A stretch of DNA of 64,000 bases from Eukaryota sp. TZLM1-RC (taxonomy: Eukaryota > Protista > Metamonada: BaSk clade): the NCBI GenBank assembly GCA_040285825.1, contig JAUPSS010000004.1, positions 1,840,550 through 1,904,549 on the forward strand, read 5' to 3'. The notes beneath the pieces are model-generated. The model saw nothing but the letters and a program-made list of their open reading frames with translations. It made no database searches and had not been told where the DNA came from. The translations under genes were made by a program, and so were the position numbers. Below are positions 33,841 to 44,903 of this stretch, in pieces. How positions within the stretch are numbered: position 1 is the stretch's first letter; every line of letters begins with the position of its first letter.

Positions 33841-35136
33841 ATGATTCTTCCTATAACAGTTAATGTGAGCTTCAATGGTACTTCACATCCTATTGTGATA
33901 GAAGATTCATCTACTGAACTGTTCTTATATCAATGTATGTCTATCTCAGAGATTGAACCGCATCGACAGGTTTTCATTGGGTTAAAGGATCCGTTTGCCC
34001 TACAATACACTCCAGATCTGTCCAATGTTGGCCTTTTCCCAAATCAAAACCTAGTTCTTTGTCCTTCTGAAAACGACATTGTACCAGTCTCTTTGGATTT
34101 ACCTATTTTCCCTCAGACATTACTTCCATTCTCTCAAGCTTGTATAAGCAATCCACTACAATTCGCATCATCCCAAGAACAGAAGGCAATCATTCAACAG
34201 TGTCTTGGGCTTATGCAGCAACGATCCGAATACGAAACCCCACACCTCCAGTCTCATGTCCTTAAACACATCCCAATCCTTCCATTGTTACAGGATTCAC
34301 TTACACATGGAGCGTCCCCTCCTTTTGTAGATACTTCAAGTCCTTCATTTGAATCTGTGGTTAGATCTCAGTTGACCATTTGTCATGAGTCGGAATGTGC
34401 CGAAAAGTTGTTCAAAGGTGTTTTGGATTGGTTTCATTCTACGTTTCAGTTTGTTAAGCAACTCTCTTGTGAAGTTTGTCAAAGTCAAACTGAATCTGCA
34501 GGAAGAGCTCAACCAAATTTTAATGAGCAAATTGGTAGAGCTCAGATTGTCGAACTTTACAAATGCACCAAATGTTCTCACTTCACCAGATTCCCTCGTT
34601 ATAATAGCGTAATTGCCATTCTTGAATCAAAAAGAGGTCGTTGTGGAGAATTTGTGCAGGCCTTTGCTTGTATTTTGAGGTCGTTGTTATTCAAAGTTCG
34701 TATTGTCAATGATTTTAAAGATCATTTATGGGTTGAGATTCGTTCCCCCTTCATCAATAATGGCCATTGGACTCATGTGGATCCATGTGAAAAGTCAGTT
34801 AATAAACCCTTGCTTTATTCTAAAGGATGGAAAAAGAAGTATAGCATGGTCTTGGCATTTGATTCAAATAGTGTGGTGGATGTTACAACTCGATACCAAA
34901 AGGGAAGTGAATTAATCAATGCTAGAAGGAAGAAATTACTTGGACCTCAAGCAAATGAGTGGCTCTCTACTTTAATTGTCATTCTCAGTAAACACAAACA
35001 AATTAATCTATCAATCGATGACGTGCGATGGATTGAAGATGATGTGCGTAAGGAAATTGACGAATTAAAAAGCTTAGTCTACGAAGATGAAGGTGATCAT
35101 CAAGAATATAGCGGCAGAATTAGTGGTACCTTGTAA
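33841..35136 (+). CDS. PNG1: Peptide:N-glycanase with N-terminal ubiquitin-like region
   Basis: Zn CxxC pairs, 'RFPRYN', catalytic 'GRCGEF', 'DHLWVE', 'HVDPCE', 'DVTTRY'. Confidence 0.93.
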   Translation: MILPITVNVSFNGTSHPIVIEDSSTELFLYQCMSISEIEPHRQVFIGLKDPFALQYTPDLSNVGLFPNQNLVLCPSENDIVPVSLDLPIFPQTLLPFSQACISNPLQFASSQEQKAIIQQCLGLMQQRSEYETPHLQSHVLKHIPILPLLQDSLTHGASPPFVDTSSPSFESVVRSQLTICHESECAEKLFKGVLDWFHSTFQFVKQLSCEVCQSQTESAGRAQPNFNEQIGRAQIVELYKCTKCSHFTRFPRYNSVIAILESKRGRCGEFVQAFACILRSLLFKVRIVNDFKDHLWVEIRSPFINNGHWTHVDPCEKSVNKPLLYSKGWKKKYSMVLAFDSNSVVDVTTRYQKGSELINARRKKLLGPQANEWLSTLIVILSKHKQINLSIDDVRWIEDDVRKEIDELKSLVYEDEGDHQEYSGRISGTL

Positions 35137-35213
35137 ATAAACAAAAATACAAAAAATTTATTAAAAATAATAATTTACAAAAAAAGCAAAAACCCTTAAT
35201 TTAAATAATCTTC

Positions 35214-36962
35214 CTAAATACCAATAGTTTCGGATGGGGGAACAAGTAAGTCTTCATTGATCTGAGATCTCAAGTAGTTATTAACCAACTGTTTCAATTC
35301 AGCATTTTGATTTCTTAAAGAATCAGTTCGATCTAATAATTCAAGACGTTCAGTTAATAAATTTTTATAGCTTTTTAATGCTGAATTTAAGGTCTTCCAA
35401 ATTCTATAATGAGAAGGAGGAAAAGCTGAAGAAATTAAAGAGAAATCAGGAATAGTGCTTGTCTTTTTGGTTTTGTTTTCAGAATGAACCGAAAAAGAAT
35501 CTGAGTGGAATATGTCCTTGAAAGGAACATTGGGGTTTAAGGAATCCACATTCTCATTTAAGAAAGCTAAAATTGTGGACATTACACTAGCTGAATCAAT
35601 TAAATCAAAATCAGGAAATTGACCTTTAAAAAAGTTCTTCAATTCATCAAGTTTTTCACAATTTCGAATTTGAAGGATTCCAAGAATTTCTGCAATTCTA
35701 TCATCAAAAACTAAACTCCTATCAGGACAAAGAAAAGCTAACTGATCGTCTATCACATTAAGCAGCTTTTCAATGTCAGAATCATCATCCAATTCTTTCC
35801 AAAAATAATCGGAAACTGGTCCTGTTGATTCTTCCTGACCGTCAACTGATTGATTAGTTTCCCTTTCCACATCATTACCCCCAGTCAAAACACTTGCTCC
35901 ATGTCGATAATCCAAGCCAGGGGGTTGCTCCAGAGGCGAAAAAGGAAGTCCAAGTTCATTTGAGAAAACAAAACCATCAATTTCAAAGCAGCGTTCAAGT
36001 AGTTTTCTTGACTTGGTATCATAATGATGAAAGAGTTGTTCAAATTTCGCAAAGTTTGATTTTTCAAAGTGACTCAACTTACGTTGAAGATCCTTGTATT
36101 CTTCAGAAATGCGCCTAAAAGCTTGTAAATTCTTGGCTGTCTTGGCTTTGTAAGTTAACTCATTTTTGTAATAAGTCTTCTTTAATTTGGTCAAAACATC
36201 TCTCATTTTTGATTGACTTCTTTTTTGAGCGGTCAATAAAGCTTCAGAGTCAAGTGATTTCTGAGTCAGAGTGGCATGATTGTACTCCAATCGTTCAATA
36301 TTCAGCAAATAGGTTGCTCTCATTTGCTCAATTTCACGATCCTGATGCTGTAAATCCCCCCAATACTTCATTCTTAATGAATGAGAGTCTTCCGCTTGTT
36401 GGATTCGGAGGTTCTTTAACATCTCAGCATCCTCTTCTCTTGCATTGTCCCTCTTCTCTATTATACTTTCTTCCAATCTTCTTCTTTGATGCAAAAGAGA
36501 TTCAATTTCTTCATGTAGATTGGAGAGCAGATTCTGCCTTTCCTTATCCAACCTTTCTTCTTCATCGTGGAGTTCCTGTTCCTTTGCTTGTCTTAGAGCA
36601 TTGTAGTTGTCACCAAGGGTTTTGAGAAGAGAATCAATCTCCCGTTCTTGGAGGAGGAGAGCGCGAGTGTATTCATCATCTTTGGTAGAGATTTCTGCTT
36701 GAAGGGCACGTATAAGTTCGTTTTTAGAATCAAGAATACGGTTACATTCACCTTTTTGATCAATAAGAGATTGTTGAAGGTCTTCTGGGAGTTCTCGAGT
36801 GACGACAGAAGACCATTTCATTGCCAAAGAAGCCTCATCTATTTGTGCTTGTTCAGCCTCACGAGCAAGTCGCTCATGACGCTCAGCTGTACGTTTTTCA
36901 TGTTGAGCACGCCGATTAGACTCAGCACTAAGAGAGTTCAACAGTTCTTCAGGAAGTTCCAT
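35214..36962 (-). CDS. DRC1: Dynein regulatory complex subunit 1
   Basis: Coiled coil with 'KNELIRALQAEISTKDDEY', 'MRATYLLNIERLEYN', 'DLQRKLSHFE', and C-terminal 'LRNQNAELKQLVNNYL..INEDLLVPP'. Confidence 0.88.
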   Translation of the reverse strand: MELPEELLNSLSAESNRRAQHEKRTAERHERLAREAEQAQIDEASLAMKWSSVVTRELPEDLQQSLIDQKGECNRILDSKNELIRALQAEISTKDDEYTRALLLQEREIDSLLKTLGDNYNALRQAKEQELHDEEERLDKERQNLLSNLHEEIESLLHQRRRLEESIIEKRDNAREEDAEMLKNLRIQQAEDSHSLRMKYWGDLQHQDREIEQMRATYLLNIERLEYNHATLTQKSLDSEALLTAQKRSQSKMRDVLTKLKKTYYKNELTYKAKTAKNLQAFRRISEEYKDLQRKLSHFEKSNFAKFEQLFHHYDTKSRKLLERCFEIDGFVFSNELGLPFSPLEQPPGLDYRHGASVLTGGNDVERETNQSVDGQEESTGPVSDYFWKELDDDSDIEKLLNVIDDQLAFLCPDRSLVFDDRIAEILGILQIRNCEKLDELKNFFKGQFPDFDLIDSASVMSTILAFLNENVDSLNPNVPFKDIFHSDSFSVHSENKTKKTSTIPDFSLISSAFPPSHYRIWKTLNSALKSYKNLLTERLELLDRTDSLRNQNAELKQLVNNYLRSQINEDLLVPPSETIGI

Positions 36963-37099
36963 TTTTACCTGATTAGTCCCTGAAATAGTGGACTGGGTTA
37001 GGGTTAGGACTTGGCAGTGTTTAATATATGTGACTATTTTTTAAGTAATTCTTGAACAATATAAAATCTCATCATCATTTTCAAGAGTGACAACCAAGA

Positions 37100-38347
37100 A
37101 TGGATACAAACTCATCATCCTTGGAGCTCACTGAACAGGCAGAAAGGCTTCGTACCCTCAATGAGAATCTTCTCAACCAACACAGAGAATACATCCGACT
37201 AGTCAAAGATGTTGCCACCAAACAGAAAGAACTTCGCTCATCTCTTGAAAAACATAGCAAACAACGTCTCACCCTTCGAGACAATCTTCGTAGAATCAAA
37301 AAACGAAAAGACTTAACTGGTCCAGTCTCATCATTAGCTCGTGCAGATGTCCTTAACCATGACGTCACCACTACTCTTCCCACGTCCACCTCATGGCCTA
37401 TCAACTACATGCTGGGAGGCCTGGATGTTGTAATGCCCCACAGAGAGATACGGTTTAAGTATAAACTTGGCTATGAAGATTTTAAACGAAAGTCTTCTAT
37501 TTTCAGCTTTCTTTTGGCCCTTTTTGCGTTTATTCTTCCATATCTTTCCCAATCAAATGTTGCAATTTCTACCTATGATTGCTGCATTTTGCTCTTCCAA
37601 TTCTTTTTCCATATTAGCCTTATTTTCAAGGAATCGATTCTGATCAAAAACGGTTCCAAAATCAACCGTTATTGGATTCTTCATCATTACTCCTCTACAA
37701 TTTTACTGTTCTTGTTATTAATTTGTCGATTCGACTCTCTTTACCTCACAATCAGATCTCATATTGCAATTTTCTCAATGTTGGGCTCTGCTTTCCATTA
37801 CATAAGACACAAGCGAGCCATTAGTAAATTTTATGCTGATCTTGCCACCGAGAGAGCCCATTTTATGGACTTGATAGATTCAACTCGAGAATTAGGAGTT
37901 GAAGATCCTTCTGTTTCGTACAAGTTACCTCTTTCAGTAATCTTTATTGGAATTTGTGCAGTCGGAATCCATGTTTATCAAAACTTTATTGGTATAATGA
38001 CCATTTTGGTCTCTTGGAGTCAACGGACTTTTGACACTTTATTTTGGACTGGTATTCTTTTAACTTGTCTGGGCATTGGTAATTTTTTAACAACTTTATT
38101 TATTCTTTTTTCAAAGTTAAAACATGGTCAGCCATTTAGATATTCACCCAGGACTAGACCAATTCCAGGTTTTCCTAACAAAAAAATCACAATCCCTGTT
38201 CTACATCAACTTTATGCACATGTTACTGAAAATGAAGATTCTGACGAGAGCAGTACTACTGAGATCGAATTCAAACCTTATAGACCATCAGATCCTTTAA
38301 ACAGAAGATCTAGAATGAGTCACTCTCCTCAATTTAATAGATTTTGA
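37100..38347 (+). CDS. TMEM120: TMEM120/TMPIT-family membrane protein
   Basis: N-terminal coiled coil, 'FKYKLGYEDFK', 'ESILIKNGSKINRYWILHHY', multiple TM helices. Confidence 0.85.
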   Translation: MDTNSSSLELTEQAERLRTLNENLLNQHREYIRLVKDVATKQKELRSSLEKHSKQRLTLRDNLRRIKKRKDLTGPVSSLARADVLNHDVTTTLPTSTSWPINYMLGGLDVVMPHREIRFKYKLGYEDFKRKSSIFSFLLALFAFILPYLSQSNVAISTYDCCILLFQFFFHISLIFKESILIKNGSKINRYWILHHYSSTILLFLLLICRFDSLYLTIRSHIAIFSMLGSAFHYIRHKRAISKFYADLATERAHFMDLIDSTRELGVEDPSVSYKLPLSVIFIGICAVGIHVYQNFIGIMTILVSWSQRTFDTLFWTGILLTCLGIGNFLTTLFILFSKLKHGQPFRYSPRTRPIPGFPNKKITIPVLHQLYAHVTENEDSDESSTTEIEFKPYRPSDPLNRRSRMSHSPQFNRF

Positions 38348-38433
38348 GTAGTTAAAATTTCCAAAACTAATTATTATCTTGTATTTTGCAATTAAAACCT
38401 TCAATAAATGTGTTCAATAAGTACTTTTGGTTG

Positions 38434-39759
38434 TCATAAGCAGTCACTTAATTCCTTTTCCAACAATTGCTCTAGCTGTGTTTGATAAATACTCTCTCTT
38501 CTCCGCAATTCAACAATGGTGTTTTTTAATTGAACATTAGCTTTTCTTAAACTTTCTAAATCTGATGATGTTTTTTGTGATCGTACATCAGATGACTTCC
38601 GATTTTTTCTAGCTAATGAAGTTTTGAGCTCATTAAAAGCAAGCAGAGTCTGTCTCTCATCATAATTGATTGATTGATTAGAACTGATTGATCTTGATTG
38701 TATAGAATCATCATTCAACATTTGCTGTTCATATTCTACAATTTTCGCTTTTAATAGTTCGACTTCTTGCCGTAGTCGTAAAACTTCTTGTGAGTCTTCT
38801 TGATTCTTTTTGACAGGGGTGTTTTTGATCTTCTTTGCTATTGTACAATACTTTAATGTACTCAGAGTTTCGTCAAAGTAACAATTTGCTGGACTTATTG
38901 TCCCAATCAGCAAAACATAACCAGAAAAAGAATCCATAAGCAAACTTGTTAATTTCGTATCCCTAAACGATACATGATTGGATTTTTTTGACTTTGCAGA
39001 AATAACAGTCCCTAAATGATGCAAGGATTTGTTAATGTGTCTGCTCTCTGTTAAAGTTTGACCACTTGATCCCGTCCTCTTCACCTTTTCACTCCCTGCC
39101 AAGTCACAAAACAAAACCTTTCCTCCGTTGGTGAGATAAATGGTGAAAATGCCATGAGACCTGCTAGAATCAGGATTGACCAGGTGGCTTCCAACAGTTC
39201 TATTAGATAACCCTTCGTTAATGACAGCAAGGCAGTCGTCAATAGAATCACATTTGACCACAAACGCCCCTTCCGTAAAGAAGAGTTGCCGCTTGGTGTC
39301 AAAACGGAGAGACACCTGCTGACATTCATTAAGCAGATCAAAGACTTCGTTATTGTACACCTCCACAAATGAAGCCGAAAGAGAAGAGTCTGGTAGGTTG
39401 GAAAAAAGGTAACTCAAGGATCTGAAGGTTATTCCTAGATCATCTTCTGTTTCTGGAGTTGGGGGTGAAAAAAGCGTGTGTGTCTTTCCTGATGAAGTTT
39501 GTCCATAGCAAAGTATAGCTGAGGAATATCCCTCTATAGCCTTGTCTAGCAAAGTAGTGGTGTTTGTATGTAAAAAAGTTTCTTCCTGAGTGCTTGATTC
39601 GGGAAGTATCTTGTGGAAAACAAAGTCACAGCACTGTTTCTCTGAGAGTGTTAAGGTAATTGTAGTATCAGAAGTAGAAACAACAGAACATGCACCATTG
39701 TCTATTTCATAGTTTGATAGAGGACGGACACGGGCTACCACCGAAACTGAATCAGCCAT
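38434..39759 (-). CDS. Kinesin motor protein
   Basis: 'VVARVRP', P-loop 'YGQTSSGKTHT', 'SSRSH', 'DLAGSE', 'ETLSTLKY'. Confidence 0.93.
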   Translation of the reverse strand: MADSVSVVARVRPLSNYEIDNGACSVVSTSDTTITLTLSEKQCCDFVFHKILPESSTQEETFLHTNTTTLLDKAIEGYSSAILCYGQTSSGKTHTLFSPPTPETEDDLGITFRSLSYLFSNLPDSSLSASFVEVYNNEVFDLLNECQQVSLRFDTKRQLFFTEGAFVVKCDSIDDCLAVINEGLSNRTVGSHLVNPDSSRSHGIFTIYLTNGGKVLFCDLAGSEKVKRTGSSGQTLTESRHINKSLHHLGTVISAKSKKSNHVSFRDTKLTSLLMDSFSGYVLLIGTISPANCYFDETLSTLKYCTIAKKIKNTPVKKNQEDSQEVLRLRQEVELLKAKIVEYEQQMLNDDSIQSRSISSNQSINYDERQTLLAFNELKTSLARKNRKSSDVRSQKTSSDLESLRKANVQLKNTIVELRRRESIYQTQLEQLLEKELSDCL

Positions 39760-40405
39760 TAGTGTGAATTTCTATCAAAATGCAGTTTTGGCTTTTGACC
39801 AATTCATGCAATCTTGATAGACGTTAAGCATACTTTAGTTCTATCACTATATGATATCACGATCAAATGATAGTTAAAGCAGCAACATCACATACGCGTA
39901 CAGGTACGCAATACATGGAAAAACACTTATTTATGGGGTCTCCGGAACGCCTCAGGTCTTTCATTGTGGTAGTGCTCACTTATGGCAATCTCCAGTTGGT
40001 TTCTGGAAGCCGAGATGTCCCTCGACCAGAGTGTCTGACATTGAGGGCATACAAACTTATCATTGTTCACCCTCCCATCATCGTGATACAAGTTTTGATT
40101 GAATACCTTACAGCAATTCGTTTTGGCAGATGTCATCTCCATTGGCCTTCACATATGTAAAATGTTTCTGAATCTCCTTCAAAAAGCGCTTCCCTGGGGT
40201 TTTCACAGATTGTCTTGATGGCCCATCACCTCCACTACCAAACCAAATTATGGGTTCTCTTCCATTAGCCATTAGTTTAATTTTTTTCAATTAATCCCAT
40301 TATCCTTTTTTGCCTTCTTATAAAAAAATCAAACTTGTTGCGGCGCAGGGCTCGGCGATCTCCATTTATCAGCAGTTGGACTAGTATAGTTCTTAGTACA
40401 GTATA
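39760..40405 (-). mobile_element. Fanzor family C remnant, copy 2, whose tail ends at the kinesin ATG
   Basis: 'RRNKFDFFIRRQK..IIWFGSG..TPGKRFLKEI..EMTSAKTNCC..CPQCQTLWSRDISASRN'. Tail ends GAAATTCACACTA-ATG. Confidence 0.8.
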
Positions 40406-42100
40406 GAAAGCCATAGCAGCCTTACCTAGAGATCCAAGCAAAGAAAAAACAATGGGACATAAATTATATTGGGCATGAGAATTTTCATTAACTGAGGAAA
40501 TGGGTTTCGCATGTTTTGCAATTTTATATTTTTCGCCTACAAGAAGAGGATTTTTGACATCTGAGTTAATGAAATGTTCGTTAGAAGAATTACAAGGGTC
40601 TATGGACATGGCGTCTAAAATAGTAAAACTACCATTCAAACCGGGAACAACCAGATCACCTCTTGTCAGACCCATAGAAGCTCTGTTGTAACGCGTACTA
40701 TCAATATTGGGATCATCAAGAATTAATTTTGATAACAGCGGTTCTAAAAAGGAATCTACTCGATATGATTTGCACATTACATAAATTTGGTCCCTGACGT
40801 TATTATGCACTTTGCTTCTAAATGTAATGAAATGTTTACAGTTCAAAAGATGAGTAAACAAAAGAGGTTTACCACATTTACAAGTTAAATGATTGGGCAA
40901 ATTGTTTGGCCACAGCAAACAACGAAAACGCATGTTTAAAAGCCATTCATTGTTTTTTAACAAAAGTCCATAAACAGAGGGAATTGGAGTTACTAAAGCA
41001 GCAGCAGAACTATTACGAATATCCTTTAAAAAATTACCGAAAGCGGGATTTATAGTTTTGGCCAAGCCAAGTCTTACTTCATAATCCAGATGGTGCTGAA
41101 GTTTTTTCAAGCAAAAACGTAAATTTGGAAGTGATCGGGTGGGAATTTCTTGAATATTTTGAGGAAAACACTGAATCCAGATATCACTAGGCAAATCATC
41201 TAATTCAATTTGAAGTTGATTCAAATAAAAAGTTTGATTCTCCATGGACCAAATGAACATCATATGGAAACCTTTGGAAAAATTTAAAAATAATATAATT
41301 TCCACCTCCTAAAAAAGCTGCTTTACATAAAATCGAAGATATAGTGAAACCAATTTCACCCAATTCAGCAGAACAAAAAACATGACTTCGAATTAAAGAT
41401 TCATTTACCTCCAATAAAGAAGAATAAAATTCGACCCGAAGTTTGTTGAAACATCTACAAAAATCAAGAGATACTGAAGGAGAAGCTGACCTTAAAATAT
41501 GAGAATTTTTCAGAATAACAAATTTTTAAAATAAAAAATTTGATGTGTTTCTCGATATCACATTCAGCAATAAAACTAAGATTTCTGTCAAAATTCTCCA
41601 ATAATTTGTTCAACTGGGAATAAATTTCATTTAAATTATTTAACCAAAATCCAAGAAACTTGAACGCTTGTTGTTCATAACTAATAAAGAGAATTTGAGC
41701 ACCATCAATCAATAAAGATTGTTTTGTTCTTCCAATCAAGAGACATTTAGCTGGATTCAAGGGTAATTCAATGTCTTTGTATTTCGCAGCAATGCCTTCA
41801 GAAACCCTACAAATGCTTTCATAAGAACCGATAATAGAAATGTCATCCATATAAGCAACAATATGTAATTCAGGGAATTCTATTTGGGTCATTTCAATAA
41901 TATTATCAAACAAAACAGCAATGGGCCAAGAGGGTCACCTTGTTTGACACCAGAAGAAGATTCAAGAGTAATGGTGTCAAAAATTAAGTCCGACTTTTTT
42001 ACATAAAATAAGTAAAAATATGCTGAAAGTTCAGAAAATTGTTTTAATTCCAAATTGTTTTTTAAAACTACCTCTGTGCTTTGGCGAAAAAAGTCCAAAT
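40405..42100 (-). mobile_element. CRE-like non-LTR retrotransposon family B (RT, Cys/His motif, RLE), frameshifted
   Basis: 'SSGVKQGDPLGPLLF', 'VAYMDDI', 'FKFLG', 'CKCGK...HLLNC...HNNVRD', 'EP..RGD..ILD'. Confidence 0.88.
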
Positions 42101-42479
42101 AGATGAAGTGTTTTTACTTACTGTTTTTTAATTCAGAAGTAAAAGAACGCATTTCCGTTGAAAAGGGAATTGCACTCGTGGGGCTAATTTCCACTGACCC
42201 CCAGCTGTTCCGTTAATTCCCCAAAGTATTTGGGCCCCGTTGTTTCAAAGTTTTTTTACGGCATAACAACATGAAAATTTATTCCTGGAACAGACACATT
42301 TTAACACTAAACCAAAAAACCTTAACTGATGTTTTTACCTACTCAAACCCCATCAACTCGATGACAGGAGATTTTCGCTATTTTGAATAGCAGGTCGCGT
42401 GTTATAAAACTCCGTAATATTTTTCAAAATGGAGTTAATATAACGAGGAAGAGCTTTCAATAACGAAAATACAATTGTG

Positions 42480-43140
42480 TTTTCCAAATAAAAAAATCAA
42501 ATGTACGACCACTTTGTTTGAGAAGTTTTCCTAAATCATCTAAAAGGTTGAAACCTTTACTTCCAATGGTACCAAAAATTGAAATAGCAATTGGGACGAA
42601 TTTGATGTTTCTGCCTCTTGATTTATTAAGACGTTGAAGAAGAACTTGCTTTTTTGATTTGTTGGAAAGCTCTGCAACTTTGGGTTAATATTGAATGTTT
42701 GAATGTTAGAATTGAAACTCCTTTCCATGGAAACAGTGTGGTTTTTTTGCAGCAAGATATTTTTATTGAACCAAAACTCAGTGTAAAATACGGTGGTGCA
42801 ATCGATAATTAGTTCAGTTCCATCATTGAATGTCACATCCTTTGTGGCTCAAACTGAAATTTAATTCATCAAACAGAGGTACTAAACGAACTGGATGTGA
42901 GCACATTGTAACAGATCATAAATACAATCACGAACTGCATTGTGGACAATTGATCTTTTTTGAGTGAATTTACAGCAGGAAATAATGTGATCAAAAGAAG
43001 CATAAGCACCACATTTACTTTTCATAATTGATAAGCCTGGATGAGGAGGTTGAATAAGTCTAATTCGCATGACTGTCAAAAAATTTCTGAAAGCAGTAAT
43101 CCAAAAAGTCGAGAAACTTGAGTTATCAAACAAGTTGAAC
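42480..43140 (-). mobile_element. Degraded non-LTR RLE fragment, family C
   Basis: 'MRIRL...KCG...HIISC..RSIVHNAVRD', 'LIIDCTTV'. Confidence 0.7.
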
Positions 43141-43414
43141 TATTTAAACTGCACATAGAAGACAAAAATAATTTCAAAGAAAAACCACCAGAGTTGTTAG
43201 CCATACTAATTTGATTGTTCAGTGATTCTGGTTCTGAATAATTAATGATCTTCTGTAGTTTAGGAACATTTCTTAAAAAGTTTGGTAAATCTTTATTTTC
43301 AATCGAGGCAAAGTCAACTTTTGCAGAAAATAGTGATTGTTTGAAAATAGAAACATTTGGAACTGCTTAACCCCCAAATTGCACAGTTCAACTCTTATAG
43401 ATATTATTGTTAGA

Positions 43415-43837
43415 ATGAATGATTTGGTCAGTGCATCTACCAGACTTGCAGAGCATCATATAGGCAACTTTGACACTGAAGATAACACAAATCCCATCAC
43501 TCCAGAACCTATAGACCAGGATCTCATAGACAGAGCTCTAGTTCTCTTGCAAAGGAGTCTACGTCATACTGATGGTACTTCTAGAGCTCATTACTCTTCT
43601 TCCAACTGTTCTTCAAATGATCTTCTTTCATGTACCATTCAGTCAATGTTTCCGTTGAACCCTTCTCTTTCTCCGGTCGAAGCAGCCAGGGCATTAGAAG
43701 ATTCCTTAAGTAGAGCTAACTCCACTGTCTCTACACGTGATGCTTCCACCAATACTGCAACAGTTCTCCCCACACCAAGAGGCGATGTACCTTTTAATGT
43801 TGTTCCATTGGTATCTGCTAGACGTTGTCCGAGATAA
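43415..43837 (+). CDS. Hypothetical protein
   Basis: Open frame with host-like composition, convergent with the RINGv gene. No motif recognised. Confidence 0.4.
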   Translation: MNDLVSASTRLAEHHIGNFDTEDNTNPITPEPIDQDLIDRALVLLQRSLRHTDGTSRAHYSSSNCSSNDLLSCTIQSMFPLNPSLSPVEAARALEDSLSRANSTVSTRDASTNTATVLPTPRGDVPFNVVPLVSARRCPR

Positions 43838-43871
43838 TTTTTATTAATCAAATCATTTGGCTACTACACCT

Positions 43872-44903
43872 TTATTCAGTATCTTCTATTTCTTCATTAT
43901 TTCCAAATAAGTATAAAACCATTAAAATTAAGGAACTAACAAAAACGAACAAAATCAAGGAATTCCAGGAATTGGCTTTTTTAATCTCAAAATCACTAAT
44001 TTTTATGGTTTTTTCAACATTTATCATTATTACTAAAATCAACCAATATATAGCAATAATTATCGCATTTATGTGGACAATCAATGAATACTTATTTTCA
44101 TCTAAATTTTTGATTGATGACTTAATTTTTACTCCTGAATACCAAATCAATAAAGTAAACAATAGCAATAATATTCCAGCAGGATTAACAATTACAAAAA
44201 TAAACCCATACATTCCGTAAAAAACTAAATGCCATAGAGGTCTGCATATGGGAGGTGCATATCGAGGGGAGAAGAGAAATCGTATCAGAGTTGGGGGAAC
44301 TTCTGCATAGAGCATAATGTTAGACCAAGAGCCATGATATTGCTTGACCAGAGAGTGGGTTAGGTAGATCAAAGAGCAAGTGACGAATGTAATACAGTGA
44401 GAAAGTAGATAAGTGTAAAAGGAAAATGAAAATGAAAAATGGAGAAGATATGTACATGATAAGGCTAAGTGGAAGAAAACAAACACATGAATGAATGGCC
44501 GATAGATGGATGAAGCAGTAGAAATTAAGGAGATCAGAAGAGCAAGACAAGAAGGTAAAATGTAAAGCACTTGGACTTGACTTATATGTGGAGTTATAAA
44601 AAACAGACAGACACAAGAAAACTGTAGGAACAGAAAACAAAAGGTAAGTAACTTTGGAGAGATCTTTGAAAAGAACACAGGAAGAACATTGGTCAACGTC
44701 AATTTAATAGGGATGCTATAACGAGATAAGCACACTTCACATCGAGCATCAAATAAAGCAATTTTCTTGAACATTAACCATTGTTCAAGGCATTCGCGAT
44801 GAATATAGGCTAAAGAACCTGTACAATTACAAGGAGAGATAAGATCGGAACTAGGACAGTGACACACGCGACAAGAGGCATGCGAAGCATCCTCCTCACA
44901 CAT
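43872..44903 (-). CDS. RINGv (MARCH-type) membrane E3 ubiquitin ligase
   Basis: 'CRVC..LISPCNCTGSLAYIHRECLEQW..CEVC' plus many TM segments. First ATG at 44903. Confidence 0.85.
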   Translation of the reverse strand: MCEEDASHASCRVCHCPSSDLISPCNCTGSLAYIHRECLEQWLMFKKIALFDARCEVCLSRYSIPIKLTLTNVLPVFFSKISPKLLTFCFLFLQFSCVCLFFITPHISQVQVLYILPSCLALLISLISTASSIYRPFIHVFVFFHLALSCTYLLHFSFSFSFYTYLLSHCITFVTCSLIYLTHSLVKQYHGSWSNIMLYAEVPPTLIRFLFSPRYAPPICRPLWHLVFYGMYGFIFVIVNPAGILLLLFTLLIWYSGVKIKSSIKNLDENKYSLIVHINAIIIAIYWLILVIMINVEKTIKISDFEIKKANSWNSLILFVFVSSLILMVLYLFGNNEEIEDTE

